A DNA stretch of 63,109 bases from Thermoplasmatota archaeon. GTDB lineage: Archaea > Thermoplasmatota > Thermoplasmata > Halarchaeoplasmatales > Halarchaeoplasmataceae. The DNA lies in assembly GCA_051745305.1 (NCBI GenBank), contig JBNJDY010000003.1:1-63109 (forward strand), in the 5' to 3' direction. The notes beneath the pieces are model-generated. The model had not been told where the DNA came from. It made no database searches and saw nothing but the letters and a program-made list of their open reading frames with translations. The translations under genes were made by a program, and so were the position numbers. Positions 1 to 10,301 of the stretch are shown here, in pieces (within the stretch, counting starts at the first letter, position 1; each line of letters starts with the position of its first letter).

Positions 1-423
1 ATATTGACTAAAACCAAGTACAGAGATCCAACAAAACTACCTGCATGGGATATACTCAAGTTGGGATGTATCGGAGGTGCAAGTGTTTTAGATTTGGACG
101 AAAAGATAGGTTCTCTCGAGGAAGGTAAATATGCTGACATAATCACTGTGGACCTCTCCAAAGTCAATTTAACACCTTCAGTAGATGTTCCATTCCATAA
201 TTTCGTTCCAAATCTAGTTTATTCATCAACAGGTTTTGAGGTGAACCATGTATTCATCGCTGGAAAACATATAATGAGGGGTGGAAAGTTCATAAACATA
301 AATGAAAGAAGGGTAGTGAAAGAAGCTCAAGAGAGAGCCGTCACCCTGTTCAAGGAAGCTGAAAACGATTGGGAAAGAGCGGATAGTTACTTGGTCAACA
401 TGACTCGAAAAGGACTTCTCTGA
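1..423 (+). CDS. Amidohydrolase-family protein (MtaD/SsnA-like deaminase), C-terminal fragment; 5' end lies outside the window
   Basis: Frame is open to the window edge. The C-terminal pattern GSLEEGKYADIITVDL...LVYSSTG..V.HVFIAGK is typical of metal-dependent amidohydrolases. Confidence 0.6.
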   Translation: MLTKTKYRDPTKLPAWDILKLGCIGGASVLDLDEKIGSLEEGKYADIITVDLSKVNLTPSVDVPFHNFVPNLVYSSTGFEVNHVFIAGKHIMRGGKFININERRVVKEAQERAVTLFKEAENDWERADSYLVNMTRKGLL

Positions 424-1788
424 TCACTTTTTGTGAAATAAATACCTCCCAACATAAAGGTCGATATCTTCCTTTCCGTTCACATCAAATTCAATAGTGT
501 TCTTCTGTCCTTCTCCATCAAGGTAGTAAAACTCAAAATCGGAGACGTCCTTTTTCTTCGGGATCAACATTATAGATGCTTTTTCTAAATCATCCAAGAA
601 CTCCAGTCTTAAGAGCCCCTCATGCTTCTCGACTTTTGCTTTTCTTGCACCTCTGAATGTTTCATAATGCCCTTCAAGTATATCGAGCCTTTCTTTCCTG
701 GCGAAGAAGGGCATGTCTCTCCAATCATCCCCATCGATTATATTCATCACTGCCTTGGCCACTGCTTCAACGGAGTACGAAGGTGATGTGTTGCAGGCTA
801 AAGCGACTCCGAGATCTTCAGTGAATCCCAGATAGGCGGAAGCTACAGCTATAGAACCACCGTGTCCGATCATTTTTTGACCTTTGAAATCTTTAACACC
901 CCAGCCGTATCCGTATCTGTCATTTTCCCTTGAAACGTGACCTTTGTGCATCTCTTCAATAAGGTCTTCAGGAATCAATCTTTCACCGTTAAACACTCCT
1001 CCTTCCATGTTCATGATCATATAATTAGCCAAGTCATCGATGGGACACAATAATCCTCCTGCTGGAAAACTGAATTCTCTGACAGGTAGATCGGTTTCAG
1101 TGGGTTCACCGTCTCTGGAAAAGTAAGGTGTCATGGCATCATCTTGTCCATCGAGTTCAAAAACCGACCTGTTCATAGATAACGGTTCTAATATCTCATC
1201 TTCGATAAAGTTCCTGTAAGATGTACCGGTCACTTCTTCTATGACCTGGCCTAATAGAGAATAACCGGTGTTGAAGTAAAAGAATCTTTTACCAGGATCC
1301 GATGATATCTCGTCTTTTGCATTGTTAACATGCATATATAGATCTCCTAGATCACCAAGAGGCACGCCTCTCTCTTCCAATCCGATCAACCTTGCAATCA
1401 AAACTTCACTTACTCCAAGTGAAGGCATCCCTGAAGAGTGTGTAAGTAGATGATGAATTTTTATAGAATTAGGCCAATTTACTGAGATATATTCATTAAC
1501 TGGATCTTTGACATCTAACTTCCCTCTTTCAACCAATTTCATGATGCCTAGTGCTGTAAACGATTTAGAGATGGACCCGATCCCATAGATCGTCTTGACT
1601 GTTGCCGGTAGATCCTTTTTTAAATCTCTAGAACCAAAACCTCGGGCGTACTTGATTTCACTATCCTCAACCACCGCTAAACTCATCCCTGGTACTTTAG
1701 CTTCTGTCATCCACCAGCTTATAAAATCGCCTATTTCGTTCGAGGTGTCCTCATTTAAATTATCGATACTTTTACCCATGTGTATCAC
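424..1788 (-). CDS. Serine hydrolase, beta-lactamase/transpeptidase-like family
   Basis: 454-aa ORF with the SxxK active-site motif (GSISKSF) near the N-terminus and overall class C beta-lactamase/esterase-like layout. Confidence 0.8.
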   Translation of the reverse strand: MIHMGKSIDNLNEDTSNEIGDFISWWMTEAKVPGMSLAVVEDSEIKYARGFGSRDLKKDLPATVKTIYGIGSISKSFTALGIMKLVERGKLDVKDPVNEYISVNWPNSIKIHHLLTHSSGMPSLGVSEVLIARLIGLEERGVPLGDLGDLYMHVNNAKDEISSDPGKRFFYFNTGYSLLGQVIEEVTGTSYRNFIEDEILEPLSMNRSVFELDGQDDAMTPYFSRDGEPTETDLPVREFSFPAGGLLCPIDDLANYMIMNMEGGVFNGERLIPEDLIEEMHKGHVSRENDRYGYGWGVKDFKGQKMIGHGGSIAVASAYLGFTEDLGVALACNTSPSYSVEAVAKAVMNIIDGDDWRDMPFFARKERLDILEGHYETFRGARKAKVEKHEGLLRLEFLDDLEKASIMLIPKKKDVSDFEFYYLDGEGQKNTIEFDVNGKEDIDLYVGRYLFHKK

Positions 1789-1877
1789 CTTTTATAATCT
1801 TAACACTTCCAATATAAATATTATTTTTGTTCCGACCCCCGTAAATTTTAATTTCTTTAGATTTATGACATCTCAAT

Positions 1878-2273
1878 ATGCATCCAATAGAACCTTTGTT
1901 ACTAGGTGTTCTAGCTATTGTAATACATGAAATCTTTCACTACCTACCTCACGTATTTATGAAAACAAAATTTAAGAGATTCATAGTATCTACAAAATCT
2001 ATTGGATTCCAGTTCTCTAATGATTTTATGAGGGATAAAAAGAAGATGATTTTAGTCAATCTATTACCTTTATCTCTTTCGTCGATCTTGTTTTTAGACC
2101 CTTATAATCCAAGGATATTCATATTAGTTGTAGTAAATCTACTATGGAGCATTACAGATATAACCACCATTGCATCGCTAGTAACTAGATCACCTGATGA
2201 AAGAGTGGTTTGGGGTGATACTATGGACCAGAAGGCTAGGGATAAAGCGATTATCGATATCGAATTGGATTGA
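1878..2273 (+). CDS. Small membrane protein with HExxH motif (putative zincin, DUF3267-like)
   Basis: 131-aa ORF with hydrophobic segments and HEIFHYLPH near the N-terminus. Confidence 0.45.
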   Translation: MHPIEPLLLGVLAIVIHEIFHYLPHVFMKTKFKRFIVSTKSIGFQFSNDFMRDKKKMILVNLLPLSLSSILFLDPYNPRIFILVVVNLLWSITDITTIASLVTRSPDERVVWGDTMDQKARDKAIIDIELD

Positions 2274-2603
2274 TCACTGTATATCATCGATCTTTGAAGC
2301 CATGATGAAATCGTTCTCAGATAGTCCTTCGATAGCATGTGTGTAAAGGATTAATTTTACAGTATTCCAAGATATGTAAATATCTGGGTGATGTCCTTCC
2401 TCTTCAGCGATCTCTGCAACTTTGTTTACAAATTCCATCGATTCCTTGAAATTCTTAAAACTGAATACTTTTTTGATCTTATGTATGTCCTTCCTATCGA
2501 TGGTCCAATTATCAACATCTTTTAGATATCTATCTTCCTCAACATCCGGCATTGGAGACTGTCCTCCCTCACAGGGAACGCAGTGTTTTTTTGATAACTC
2601 CAT
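2274..2603 (-). CDS. Pterin-4-alpha-carbinolamine dehydratase (PCD/DCoH family)
   Basis: 109 aa. Has CVPCEGG near the N-terminus and the EEEGHHPDI...W..V.L.L.TH core typical of PCD. Confidence 0.85.
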   Translation of the reverse strand: MELSKKHCVPCEGGQSPMPDVEEDRYLKDVDNWTIDRKDIHKIKKVFSFKNFKESMEFVNKVAEIAEEEGHHPDIYISWNTVKLILYTHAIEGLSENDFIMASKIDDIQ

Positions 2604-2767
2604 TTAGCTTACCCAATAAATGTTATTATCTCAGAGTAATTAAAAGTTATGTTGCTAAATAATGTGTTATGCTCATAATCCATATTGGATCAGATATTAC
2701 ATACCCCAAACTAAAGGAACATAAAAAACAGGTCAGACCCTTTGTACTCTAAACTGTGTTTTTTATA

Positions 2768-3049
2768 TTATGGTTCCAAACTGAGGATTATGGACATAGA
2801 GGAAACATTTACAGTACGGTCATCCTCTTCCTGTTCGATCTCTTCAGTATCCGTTTCGATTCCAGCGATGCTTGCTTCTTTCAGGAACCTATTCTTGGTG
2901 ATCTCGGCCACGTCGACTGCCTTACTGATAGCTCTTCCTCTAGCTTTTATAAAAACCTCGTCAGAACCACTATTGAACTGGTTTACGACAGCCATCACGT
3001 ATGCCATAGTTTCCTTATTTCCGATATACACTGTGTTTTCTTCTGCCAT
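2768..3049 (-). CDS. albA: DNA/RNA-binding protein Alba
   Basis: 93 aa. NTVYIGNK...YVMAVVNQF......[19 protein letters not shown] matches the Alba signature. Confidence 0.9.
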   Translation of the reverse strand: MAEENTVYIGNKETMAYVMAVVNQFNSGSDEVFIKARGRAISKAVDVAEITKNRFLKEASIAGIETDTEEIEQEEDDRTVNVSSMSIILSLEP

Positions 3050-3144
3050 ATCTATGTACCTCGCGTATTTGCGGTTTCTTTATTCAAAAGGTCATATTTA
3101 CTATTTTAGTTTGATAAAAAAGAATTCGATTACCAAATGGTTGT

Positions 3145-3564
3145 TCAACCTTCCCTTAGCCAATCTTCAAGTGCTGAAATACCTGTGGGATGACTTATCT
3201 TGATCAAAGCTTTGGCGGTTTCATCCTGGACCCATACCTTGTCCTCTTTTAAAACATCAACAAGATGATCAACCGCTTCTTCAGACCCTATTTCACCTAA
3301 TGCATCGGCAGCACATCCTCTTACAAAGTAGTGTTGATCCCCTAATAATTCGATCAAATGTTCTGCTAATTCGTCTTTCCCAAATTTACCTAAAGATCTA
3401 GCAGCGATACCTCTGACACGCTCATCCTCATCTTCTAAGGCTTTTATCAAAGGGTCAAGTACTTTTTCGTTTTCTATCACTTCAAGTATCTGAACCGCTT
3501 TTCTCCTCACTTTTGGATCGTCATCCTGGAGGTCTTGGATGACTTTTTCGACATATCCCATCAT
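3145..3564 (-). CDS. HEAT-repeat (PBS lyase-like) protein
   Basis: Repeated D..VR..A..AL units (DPKVRRKAVQIL, DERVRGIAARSLG, HYFVRGCAADALG). Confidence 0.75.
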   Translation of the reverse strand: MMGYVEKVIQDLQDDDPKVRRKAVQILEVIENEKVLDPLIKALEDEDERVRGIAARSLGKFGKDELAEHLIELLGDQHYFVRGCAADALGEIGSEEAVDHLVDVLKEDKVWVQDETAKALIKISHPTGISALEDWLREG

Positions 3565-3618
3565 ATCTTTCTCCGCTGTATGTTACCCATTTTGCCCAAA
3601 TAGGCTCACTCCCTTTCC

Positions 3619-3640
3619 AATAACAAAATTTTTTGTTATT
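3619..3640. repeat. Perfect 10-bp inverted repeat with 2-nt spacer (aataacaaaa tt ttttgttatt)
   Basis: Read directly from the sequence. Lies in the 237-nt AT-rich intergenic region upstream of the HEAT-repeat gene. Confidence 0.8.
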
Positions 3641-3801
3641 CTATAAGGTATAGTCCTATTTGTCCTATAAATAATTTACTGATAGAATACAATCCGTTTC
3701 TAATATGTTTTACAGCTATTTGGATAAACCATTTACAAAAAAAATAGATAAATAAATTGAAATTTAAAAAAAAAGGGAGGGAGGGTGATTATCGTGATAT
3801 T

Positions 3802-4026
3802 TTAATTTAGGATTTTCAACGCCCTGTCGACACATCTTTCATAATCTTTAAAATCCCCATTACATTCTTCTCTTAAAACCTCTTTTGTTCTTTCTAAACA
3901 ATCCATGAATGAATCTATAGAACAGGTAAAAGGATTAGGGGATTTTAGTTCTTGTCGGGATATTGTGTCTCGGTCTAACATAATATTGACCTGTAGGGTG
4001 TTGTATGTATGTGTAGGTATGCACAC
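3802..4026 (-). CDS. Hypothetical small protein (start uncertain; internal Met at aa 16)
   Basis: ORF only; no recognisable motif. Confidence 0.25.
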   Translation of the reverse strand: MCIPTHTYNTLQVNIMLDRDTISRQELKSPNPFTCSIDSFMDCLERTKEVLREECNGDFKDYERCVDRALKILN

Positions 4027-4126
4027 ACATATATAATTTTCGTCTTAAATGCAAGTAACTCTAATTACCTCGGTAATGACAAAATCATAGTAAGATATAT
4101 CATTTGCCATGTAATAGTTTAAAACG

Positions 4127-4564
4127 ATGGTTTTAGTTAGAACCTTTAAAATCGAAGATATAAGAAAGGTTATGAAAATAGCTGACATATCTCTAAAGGA
4201 GGTTTATAACGAAGAGTTATTTCTAAACCTATACAGTGCTTGGAACACTGGTTTTTATGTCGCTGTTCGAGACAACGCAGTTGTGGGATTCATTTGCGGC
4301 ACTATTATGCCCGGTGATCAGGCTAGAGTGTTGATGTTAGCCGTTCATCCTTTACATAGGAGACATGGCATAGGTTCGAGCCTTGTAGACGTCTTTATAG
4401 AAAGGTGTGTTATGGATGATGTGAAATTTGTTGTCCTTGAGGTAAGGTCTACTAACCAATTAGCGATAAATTTTTATCTAAATCGAAATTTTAGACCAGT
4501 TGAAACTATAGATGATTTTTATACGAACGGAGAAAGTGCTTTGAAGATGGTAAAACATTTATGA
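4127..4564 (+). CDS. GNAT N-acetyltransferase, RimI/Ard1-like
   Basis: 145 aa. Acetyl-CoA binding pattern LAVHPLHRRHGIGSSLV. Confidence 0.75.
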   Translation: MVLVRTFKIEDIRKVMKIADISLKEVYNEELFLNLYSAWNTGFYVAVRDNAVVGFICGTIMPGDQARVLMLAVHPLHRRHGIGSSLVDVFIERCVMDDVKFVVLEVRSTNQLAINFYLNRNFRPVETIDDFYTNGESALKMVKHL

Positions 4565-4619
4565 TGCGAAAGAGTACTTGGTTTGTAATCTGATAATTAT
4601 AGTAAAATTAGGTGAAATT

Positions 4620-6248
4620 ATGGTGAAAGAAGCTGATAAAAAGTTTAAGGAACTGCAAAATCGAATATTCGATAAGATCATGAAAAGGAACCCAACATGG
4701 GCTACTGCACTGGGTATCCATGAATATGATCATATATTACCCGATATCTCCAAAGACAAGCATCTGAAAGATATCGAATTGATAAAAGGGTGGAGAAATG
4801 AGTTGGAAAGTTTTGATGTTTCAAAGCTATCAAAAGAAAATGAACTCTCAAGAAAACTAGGGATTCATCTTTTTGACTTGTTGTTATTCCAAATGAAAGA
4901 ATTGCGGGAGTGGGAGAAAAATCCATCTCTTCCATCCGTTGTTGGTGGAGGTTTGTTCCCACTCATAAAAAGAGATTTTGCTCCTCTTGAAGAAAGACTA
5001 AAGAGTATCCATGGGAGGATCAAAGATATCCCAAAGCTGGTTGAACAAGAAGAAACAAAATTGAAAGATCCCGTTAAACTATGGATAGATATGGCTATCG
5101 AATCGACTGAGCAACTACCTATGCTGATGAAACTGGTCCTGATGATAGCCCAGAAGATCGATCTTGACGAAAAAGAACTTACGAAATTGAGGGGATCTAT
5201 CGATGAAGCTGATGAAGCTATTGAGGGGTATATTGAATTATTAGAAGAAAAAAAGAGAGAATCTGTTCAAGAATTCGCTATTGGACATGAAAAGTTTGAA
5301 CAACTCATTGAAAAAAGAGAATTGGGGTACAATTCAGATGAAATTTTGAACATCGGTGAAAATCTTCTTAAAGAGTCAAAAGAAAAGATGGAAGAATATG
5401 CTAACCAGATAGATGAAGATGTAGATGTAGATGAAGTGGTAGAACGGATCATGTCTCAGACTCCAGACTCCTTCGAAGATGCCCTTGAACTGTATAGACA
5501 GGGACTAAAAGATGCAAAAGAATTTGTTATTGAAAATGACCTTGCTACGATCCCTGAAAACGAGGAGATAGAAGTCACTGAAACTCCAGAATATCTTAGA
5601 CCAATAATACCATACGCGGCTTATATGCCCCCAGCTAAATTCGATGACGTTATGAAGGGGATATACATAGTGACTCCACCAAACAACGAAGAAGCACTTA
5701 CGAATTACTCTTATTGGGATGTTAGAAATACAACGGTGCATGAGGGATATCCAGGACACCATCTTCAAAATGCAGCAGCCATGACAAATGACGACGTCTT
5801 TCATCTATTCTCAAGGGCTATTGAAACTATCGAAGGGTGGGCCCATTACTGTGAAGAGATGATGAAGGATCACGGATTTGACGATACCCCTGAAGCTAGA
5901 TTGATACAAACAAAAGATGTCGTTTGGAGGGCAGCCCGTATAGTGGTTGACGTTAATCTAAGTAGAGGAGATATGACCTTCGATGAAGCTGTTGACTTTT
6001 TGGTCGATAATGCTGGATTAAAAGAAAAAGACGCTGTAGCAGAAGTAAAAAGGTATACACAGAATCCCGCTTACCAGTTGAGTTACCTGTTGGGTAAAGA
6101 GATGTTAAAAGATCTTAAAAAAGATGTAAAAAGCAAGATGGGGGACGATTATACTGAAAAATTCTTCCACGATACTATACTCTACGCAGGAAGCGTTCCC
6201 ATGAAGTACTTGAGGGAAATATTTGAAAATAAAGCACAAAATCCTTAA
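4620..6248 (+). CDS. DUF885 family protein
   Basis: Has the HEGYPGHHLQ motif and length typical of DUF885. ATG at 4620 is preceded by GGTGA; the ORF-track start at 4578 is a TTG. Confidence 0.75.
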   Translation: MVKEADKKFKELQNRIFDKIMKRNPTWATALGIHEYDHILPDISKDKHLKDIELIKGWRNELESFDVSKLSKENELSRKLGIHLFDLLLFQMKELREWEKNPSLPSVVGGGLFPLIKRDFAPLEERLKSIHGRIKDIPKLVEQEETKLKDPVKLWIDMAIESTEQLPMLMKLVLMIAQKIDLDEKELTKLRGSIDEADEAIEGYIELLEEKKRESVQEFAIGHEKFEQLIEKRELGYNSDEILNIGENLLKESKEKMEEYANQIDEDVDVDEVVERIMSQTPDSFEDALELYRQGLKDAKEFVIENDLATIPENEEIEVTETPEYLRPIIPYAAYMPPAKFDDVMKGIYIVTPPNNEEALTNYSYWDVRNTTVHEGYPGHHLQNAAAMTNDDVFHLFSRAIETIEGWAHYCEEMMKDHGFDDTPEARLIQTKDVVWRAARIVVDVNLSRGDMTFDEAVDFLVDNAGLKEKDAVAEVKRYTQNPAYQLSYLLGKEMLKDLKKDVKSKMGDDYTEKFFHDTILYAGSVPMKYLREIFENKAQNP

Positions 6249-6289
6249 ATTCGAAAAAGATATTATATATAATAGCATTTAAAAAGAGG

Positions 6290-7228
6290 ATGGAAAATAT
6301 AGAAAAAACCAAAATTACAGCTAGAGGGGTTCTCGTCAAATATGATAAGACCATTGCTCTAGATTCCTTTAATGCAGAGATTCCAATTGGTATATCAGGT
6401 CTATTAGGTCCAAATGGGGCTGGAAAATCCACTTTCATAAAATCTATACTCGGTCTCATCGAACCTGTTAAAGGCACGATTAAAATCCAGGGAGTAAAGG
6501 GAAAATCTAACCTCATAGAAAGAAGGGATATTATTGGATATATGCCAGAACATCAATGCTTGATCGAGGATATGAAAGGTTTTGAGTTGGTCTCTTACAT
6601 GAGTCGATTATCAGGCCTACCTCGAGACGATGCAGTGGAGAGGGCTCATGCTTCTTTAGATTTTGTAGGCCTAGGTGAAGAAAGATATCGAGATATATCA
6701 TCATATTCTACAGGAATGAAACAAAGGGTAAAACTAGCCCAAGCCATCACTCACGATCCAGATATTTTATTATTAGACGAACCCACGACTGGAATGGATC
6801 CAGATGGTAAAGAAGAAATGTTGAACCTAATCAAGAAGATAGGTGAATTCGATAAAACAATTTTGATCTCCTCCCATATTCTTCACGAAGTGGAACAAGT
6901 TAGCGATTATGTAATAATCATCGATCAAGGTAAAACTGTAAAAAGTGGTTTCATGGATAGTATCATGAGGGCTGACGATGGGAGATATAAATTAAAAATA
7001 AGGGGAACGGAAGAAAATATTCAAGATTTCATCAATAAATTAGATTCTATATCAAAAATTACACAGACTATAGAAGAAAAAAGTCAAGTCACCGTATTAG
7101 TTACTAGCCTTAATAATACAAGTAAAATTTTTGAATTAGCTGAAGAAGGGAATATCCAGTTGAGATACATACGACCAGATATATTGACTCTTGAAGATTT
7201 CTTTTTAGAATCTTTTACAGGGAGGTAA
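6290..7228 (+). CDS. ABC transporter ATP-binding protein
   Basis: Walker A GPNGAGKST, signature YSTGMKQR, Walker B LLLLDEPTTGMD. Confidence 0.85.
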   Translation: MENIEKTKITARGVLVKYDKTIALDSFNAEIPIGISGLLGPNGAGKSTFIKSILGLIEPVKGTIKIQGVKGKSNLIERRDIIGYMPEHQCLIEDMKGFELVSYMSRLSGLPRDDAVERAHASLDFVGLGEERYRDISSYSTGMKQRVKLAQAITHDPDILLLDEPTTGMDPDGKEEMLNLIKKIGEFDKTILISSHILHEVEQVSDYVIIIDQGKTVKSGFMDSIMRADDGRYKLKIRGTEENIQDFINKLDSISKITQTIEEKSQVTVLVTSLNNTSKIFELAEEGNIQLRYIRPDILTLEDFFLESFTGR

Positions 7229-7231
7229 AAA

Positions 7232-8080
7232 ATGGGAATTGAAAGAATTGAATACAAAACTTGGAAAGGAAAAAAAACTCCACTCAGTAGGAGATTCTTA
7301 GTGATCGGGGAGAAAATAATTCGTCAAAAATTAAACTCTAAAGCCATATGGGTTTTACTCGTAATAGGATATATATTGGTCCACGTTTTTACCATGGTCT
7401 CTGCTCCATTCTATCCACGTGAAGAACTTACAAAAGAGCTGATATTGGACGGAAGAGGTACACTTATGGGTATTCCATATTTAAAAGGATACTTTTTTTA
7501 CTTATTTACAATCATCCTTGTATCTGTGGTTTGTTCAGATATTTTGTCACAAGATATAAAAGAAAATTCATTTGTCCTTTATTTCTCAAGGCCTTTAAGA
7601 ACTGTAGATTATGTAACAGGAAAACTTACAGGCTCCATGGCGATCGTGAGCTTATTTTGTGCCTTACCACCTTTGCTTGTTGGGCTATCCGTAATCGCTA
7701 CCCAAACAGGAGATAATTATGTGGGTAGTTTTGGTATATTAGGTTTGACTTTAATTGCAGGTATTTTTACTTCGTTCATATATCTCCCATATGCTGTTTT
7801 ATTGTCATCTCTCACCAAAAGAAAAGCGTATTCTGGTATCGGTGCCTTCATGACCTTCTTTGTTTTAAATATAATCAGCGATGTCTTCACTATTTTCGAT
7901 ATGAATTGGAGACTCGTAAGTCCGGAAAATTTACTCCACTTTTCCTATGATATTATATACGGAATTGGGCTTCCGGCAGAGATCAACACAGGCTTATATG
8001 TTTTAGCTATGAGCACTCTAATCATTATACCTTTACTAGGCTTATTTATTCGAGTTCATTTAAAGGGGGTGGAAAGGTGA
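7232..8080 (+). CDS. ABC-2 type permease
   Basis: Polytopic membrane ORF starting 4 nt after the ATPase stop and overlapping the next ATPase by 4 nt. Confidence 0.6.
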   Translation: MGIERIEYKTWKGKKTPLSRRFLVIGEKIIRQKLNSKAIWVLLVIGYILVHVFTMVSAPFYPREELTKELILDGRGTLMGIPYLKGYFFYLFTIILVSVVCSDILSQDIKENSFVLYFSRPLRTVDYVTGKLTGSMAIVSLFCALPPLLVGLSVIATQTGDNYVGSFGILGLTLIAGIFTSFIYLPYAVLLSSLTKRKAYSGIGAFMTFFVLNIISDVFTIFDMNWRLVSPENLLHFSYDIIYGIGLPAEINTGLYVLAMSTLIIIPLLGLFIRVHLKGVER

Positions 8081-9015
8081 CAAATTTCGTAGTAGAAGCT
8101 AATGATCTTTCAAAATGGTATGGGGATATCATTGGCATAAACTCATTAAATCTTAAAATACAGGAAGGGATAACCGGTATTGTAGGACCTAATGGTGCGG
8201 GAAAGAGTACTATTTTTAAACTAGCTACAGGAATGATCAAACCTAATAAAGGGGAAATTACAGTCCTAGGAGAAGACCCATGGATGAACAACAAAATTAT
8301 TGAAAGAATTGGTTTTTGTCCTGATTATGATAACCTAGCTGACTATTCCACTGGATCAAGGTTTTTACATTATTTAGGGTCACTCCACGGATTGAAGAAA
8401 GAAAATATAGAAGAAAGGATTGCTGGAACAGCAAACCTAGTGGGTGCAGATGATTTTTTAGATAAAAAAATAGAAACTTACAGCAAAGGTATGAGGCAGC
8501 GTCTAAAACTTGCCGGGGCCCTTTTACATGATCCGGATGTGTTGTTCTTAGACGAACCTTTAAGCGGAGCAGATCCTCAAGCTAGGAAAGATTTGATAGA
8601 ACTGATTAAGAATCTCCATATTGAAAGAAAACATGACGTACTTGTCAGTTCACACGTTCTCAGCGAGATCGAGAGAATGACTAATAATATCGTATTGATA
8701 TACAAGGGAAGAGTCATCGCTTCCGGGGATATCTCTGAGATAAGATCTCTTATAAACGAACATCCACATCGGGTCGTAATTGAAGGTAGTAAAATAGATG
8801 AATTAGCTAAGAATTTATTAGACCTTAAATACGTCGTATCCCTAAGTTTTGAAGATAATAAGAGAAGGTTAATAGTCGAAGTAGAGAAGGCAGATGATTT
8901 TTTCACAGATATACCCCCTTTAATCAACAAAACTAGTGCTGAAATTTTTGAGATGTACAGTAGGGATGATAACCTTCAAGCGGTTTTCAACTATTTAGTA
9001 GGTGGAAAACGATGA
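8077..9015 (+). CDS. ABC transporter ATP-binding protein (second paralogue)
   Basis: Walker A GPNGAGKST, signature YSKGMRQR, Walker B VLFLDEPLSGAD. Confidence 0.85.
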   Translation: MTNFVVEANDLSKWYGDIIGINSLNLKIQEGITGIVGPNGAGKSTIFKLATGMIKPNKGEITVLGEDPWMNNKIIERIGFCPDYDNLADYSTGSRFLHYLGSLHGLKKENIEERIAGTANLVGADDFLDKKIETYSKGMRQRLKLAGALLHDPDVLFLDEPLSGADPQARKDLIELIKNLHIERKHDVLVSSHVLSEIERMTNNIVLIYKGRVIASGDISEIRSLINEHPHRVVIEGSKIDELAKNLLDLKYVVSLSFEDNKRRLIVEVEKADDFFTDIPPLINKTSAEIFEMYSRDDNLQAVFNYLVGGKR

Positions 9016-9782
9016 CTGAATTTGTTAAAATCAGTGAAAAGCTCTTTGCATTGTACTCAATGATAAAAGCTTCTACTAGGAAGGGGATTATTAATAAAAA
9101 ATTCTGGATGGTTATATTGGTAATTATTTTCGTTTCGGGGGTCATGGGTTATGCTGCAAGTCAGAAACCTCACGGATTTGATGAAGGGAGTGATTTTTTG
9201 GACTTTTTAGTTATTTCTTTCTTTCTACCATTGATAACTATGATATTTGGTTCATCCATAATTAGTGATGAAATCGAAGATAAAAGTATAACACACGTAT
9301 TGATATCTCCTTTGAGCAGAACGAAGATTTATATGGGATACTTTATTTCTCTTACCCTCACATCAGTTATAGCCATGGGGTTGATAATTACATCCGGTTT
9401 TCTAACATATTTTGGGATTATAGGTTTGAATTTAGATGCATTACAAATCTATCTCAGTATGATTAGTTTAGTGGTAATCGGTTCGGTGGTTTATTCATCA
9501 ATATTTATTTTGATAAGTATACTAATTGAAAAACCACTATATTTTGGCCTCTTCTACGTCTTTATATGGGAAGGTTTCGTAGGTTCGCTTCCAGGTAAAG
9601 TAAAACTTGTTTCTGTAAGACATCATATAAGGAGTATTGGTAAAGAATTGATAGACTATGGATCCATAGCTAATTATGGTGAAGCATCTAGTTTATGGTC
9701 ATCACTCCAAGCCCTATCAATAATAGTAGTGATTCTATTGGTTTTGGGGATACTTTTATTCAGGAATAAAGAATTTTCCTGA
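9012..9782 (+). CDS. ABC-2 type permease (second paralogue)
   Basis: Polytopic membrane ORF with a 4-nt overlap onto the preceding ATPase. Confidence 0.6.
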   Translation: MTEFVKISEKLFALYSMIKASTRKGIINKKFWMVILVIIFVSGVMGYAASQKPHGFDEGSDFLDFLVISFFLPLITMIFGSSIISDEIEDKSITHVLISPLSRTKIYMGYFISLTLTSVIAMGLIITSGFLTYFGIIGLNLDALQIYLSMISLVVIGSVVYSSIFILISILIEKPLYFGLFYVFIWEGFVGSLPGKVKLVSVRHHIRSIGKELIDYGSIANYGEASSLWSSLQALSIIVVILLVLGILLFRNKEFS

Positions 9783-9786
9783 TATA

Positions 9787-10296
9787 TCACTTATTTCCTA
9801 TCAGTTCGTCCGCTTTGACCAGTGATATGAGTTCTACATCCACTTCATTTAGATTCTCTTCTGCACCTTCCTGTCGATCAACCACTACTAGAACTTTATT
9901 AACTTCAGCTCCGGATTCTCTGAGAACTTCTACGGTTTCTACAGAAGAACCACCAGTAGTTGTAACGTCTTCTACAACCACCACTTCGTCTCCCTCGTTC
10001 AAAACTCCCTCAAGTCTACTTCCAGTTCCGTGGCCTTTCTCTTTTTTCCTGACCATGATATACGGAAAACCGGTCTCTAAAGATACCGCTGCAGCAATCG
10101 GGACCGCACCCAACTCCATCCCAGCTATCTTTTCATCACCGATGTACTTTGCCATCTTTTGTGCGATCTTCTTTAAGATATCAGGTCTAGTACTGGCTAG
10201 TTTGATATCTACATAGTAGCTGCTTTTTTTACCTGAAGTAAGCGTGAACTCACCATATTTTATCGCTCCACAATCTTCCAACATCTCTTTAAGCAT
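9787..10296 (-). CDS. pyrE: Orotate phosphoribosyltransferase
   Basis: GAIKYGEFTLTSGKKSSYYVD and the PRPP-binding loop VVVVEDVTTTGGS. ATG at 10296 is preferred over the TTG at 10308. Confidence 0.9.
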   Translation of the reverse strand: MLKEMLEDCGAIKYGEFTLTSGKKSSYYVDIKLASTRPDILKKIAQKMAKYIGDEKIAGMELGAVPIAAAVSLETGFPYIMVRKKEKGHGTGSRLEGVLNEGDEVVVVEDVTTTGGSSVETVEVLRESGAEVNKVLVVVDRQEGAEENLNEVDVELISLVKADELIGNK

Positions 10297-10301
10297 ATAT
10301 T

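Noticed and set aside
2742-3203. Plus-strand ORFs 2742-3203 and 2756-3109
   Set aside because: They are antisense to the well-supported Alba gene (2768-3049) and have low-complexity hydrophobic translations.
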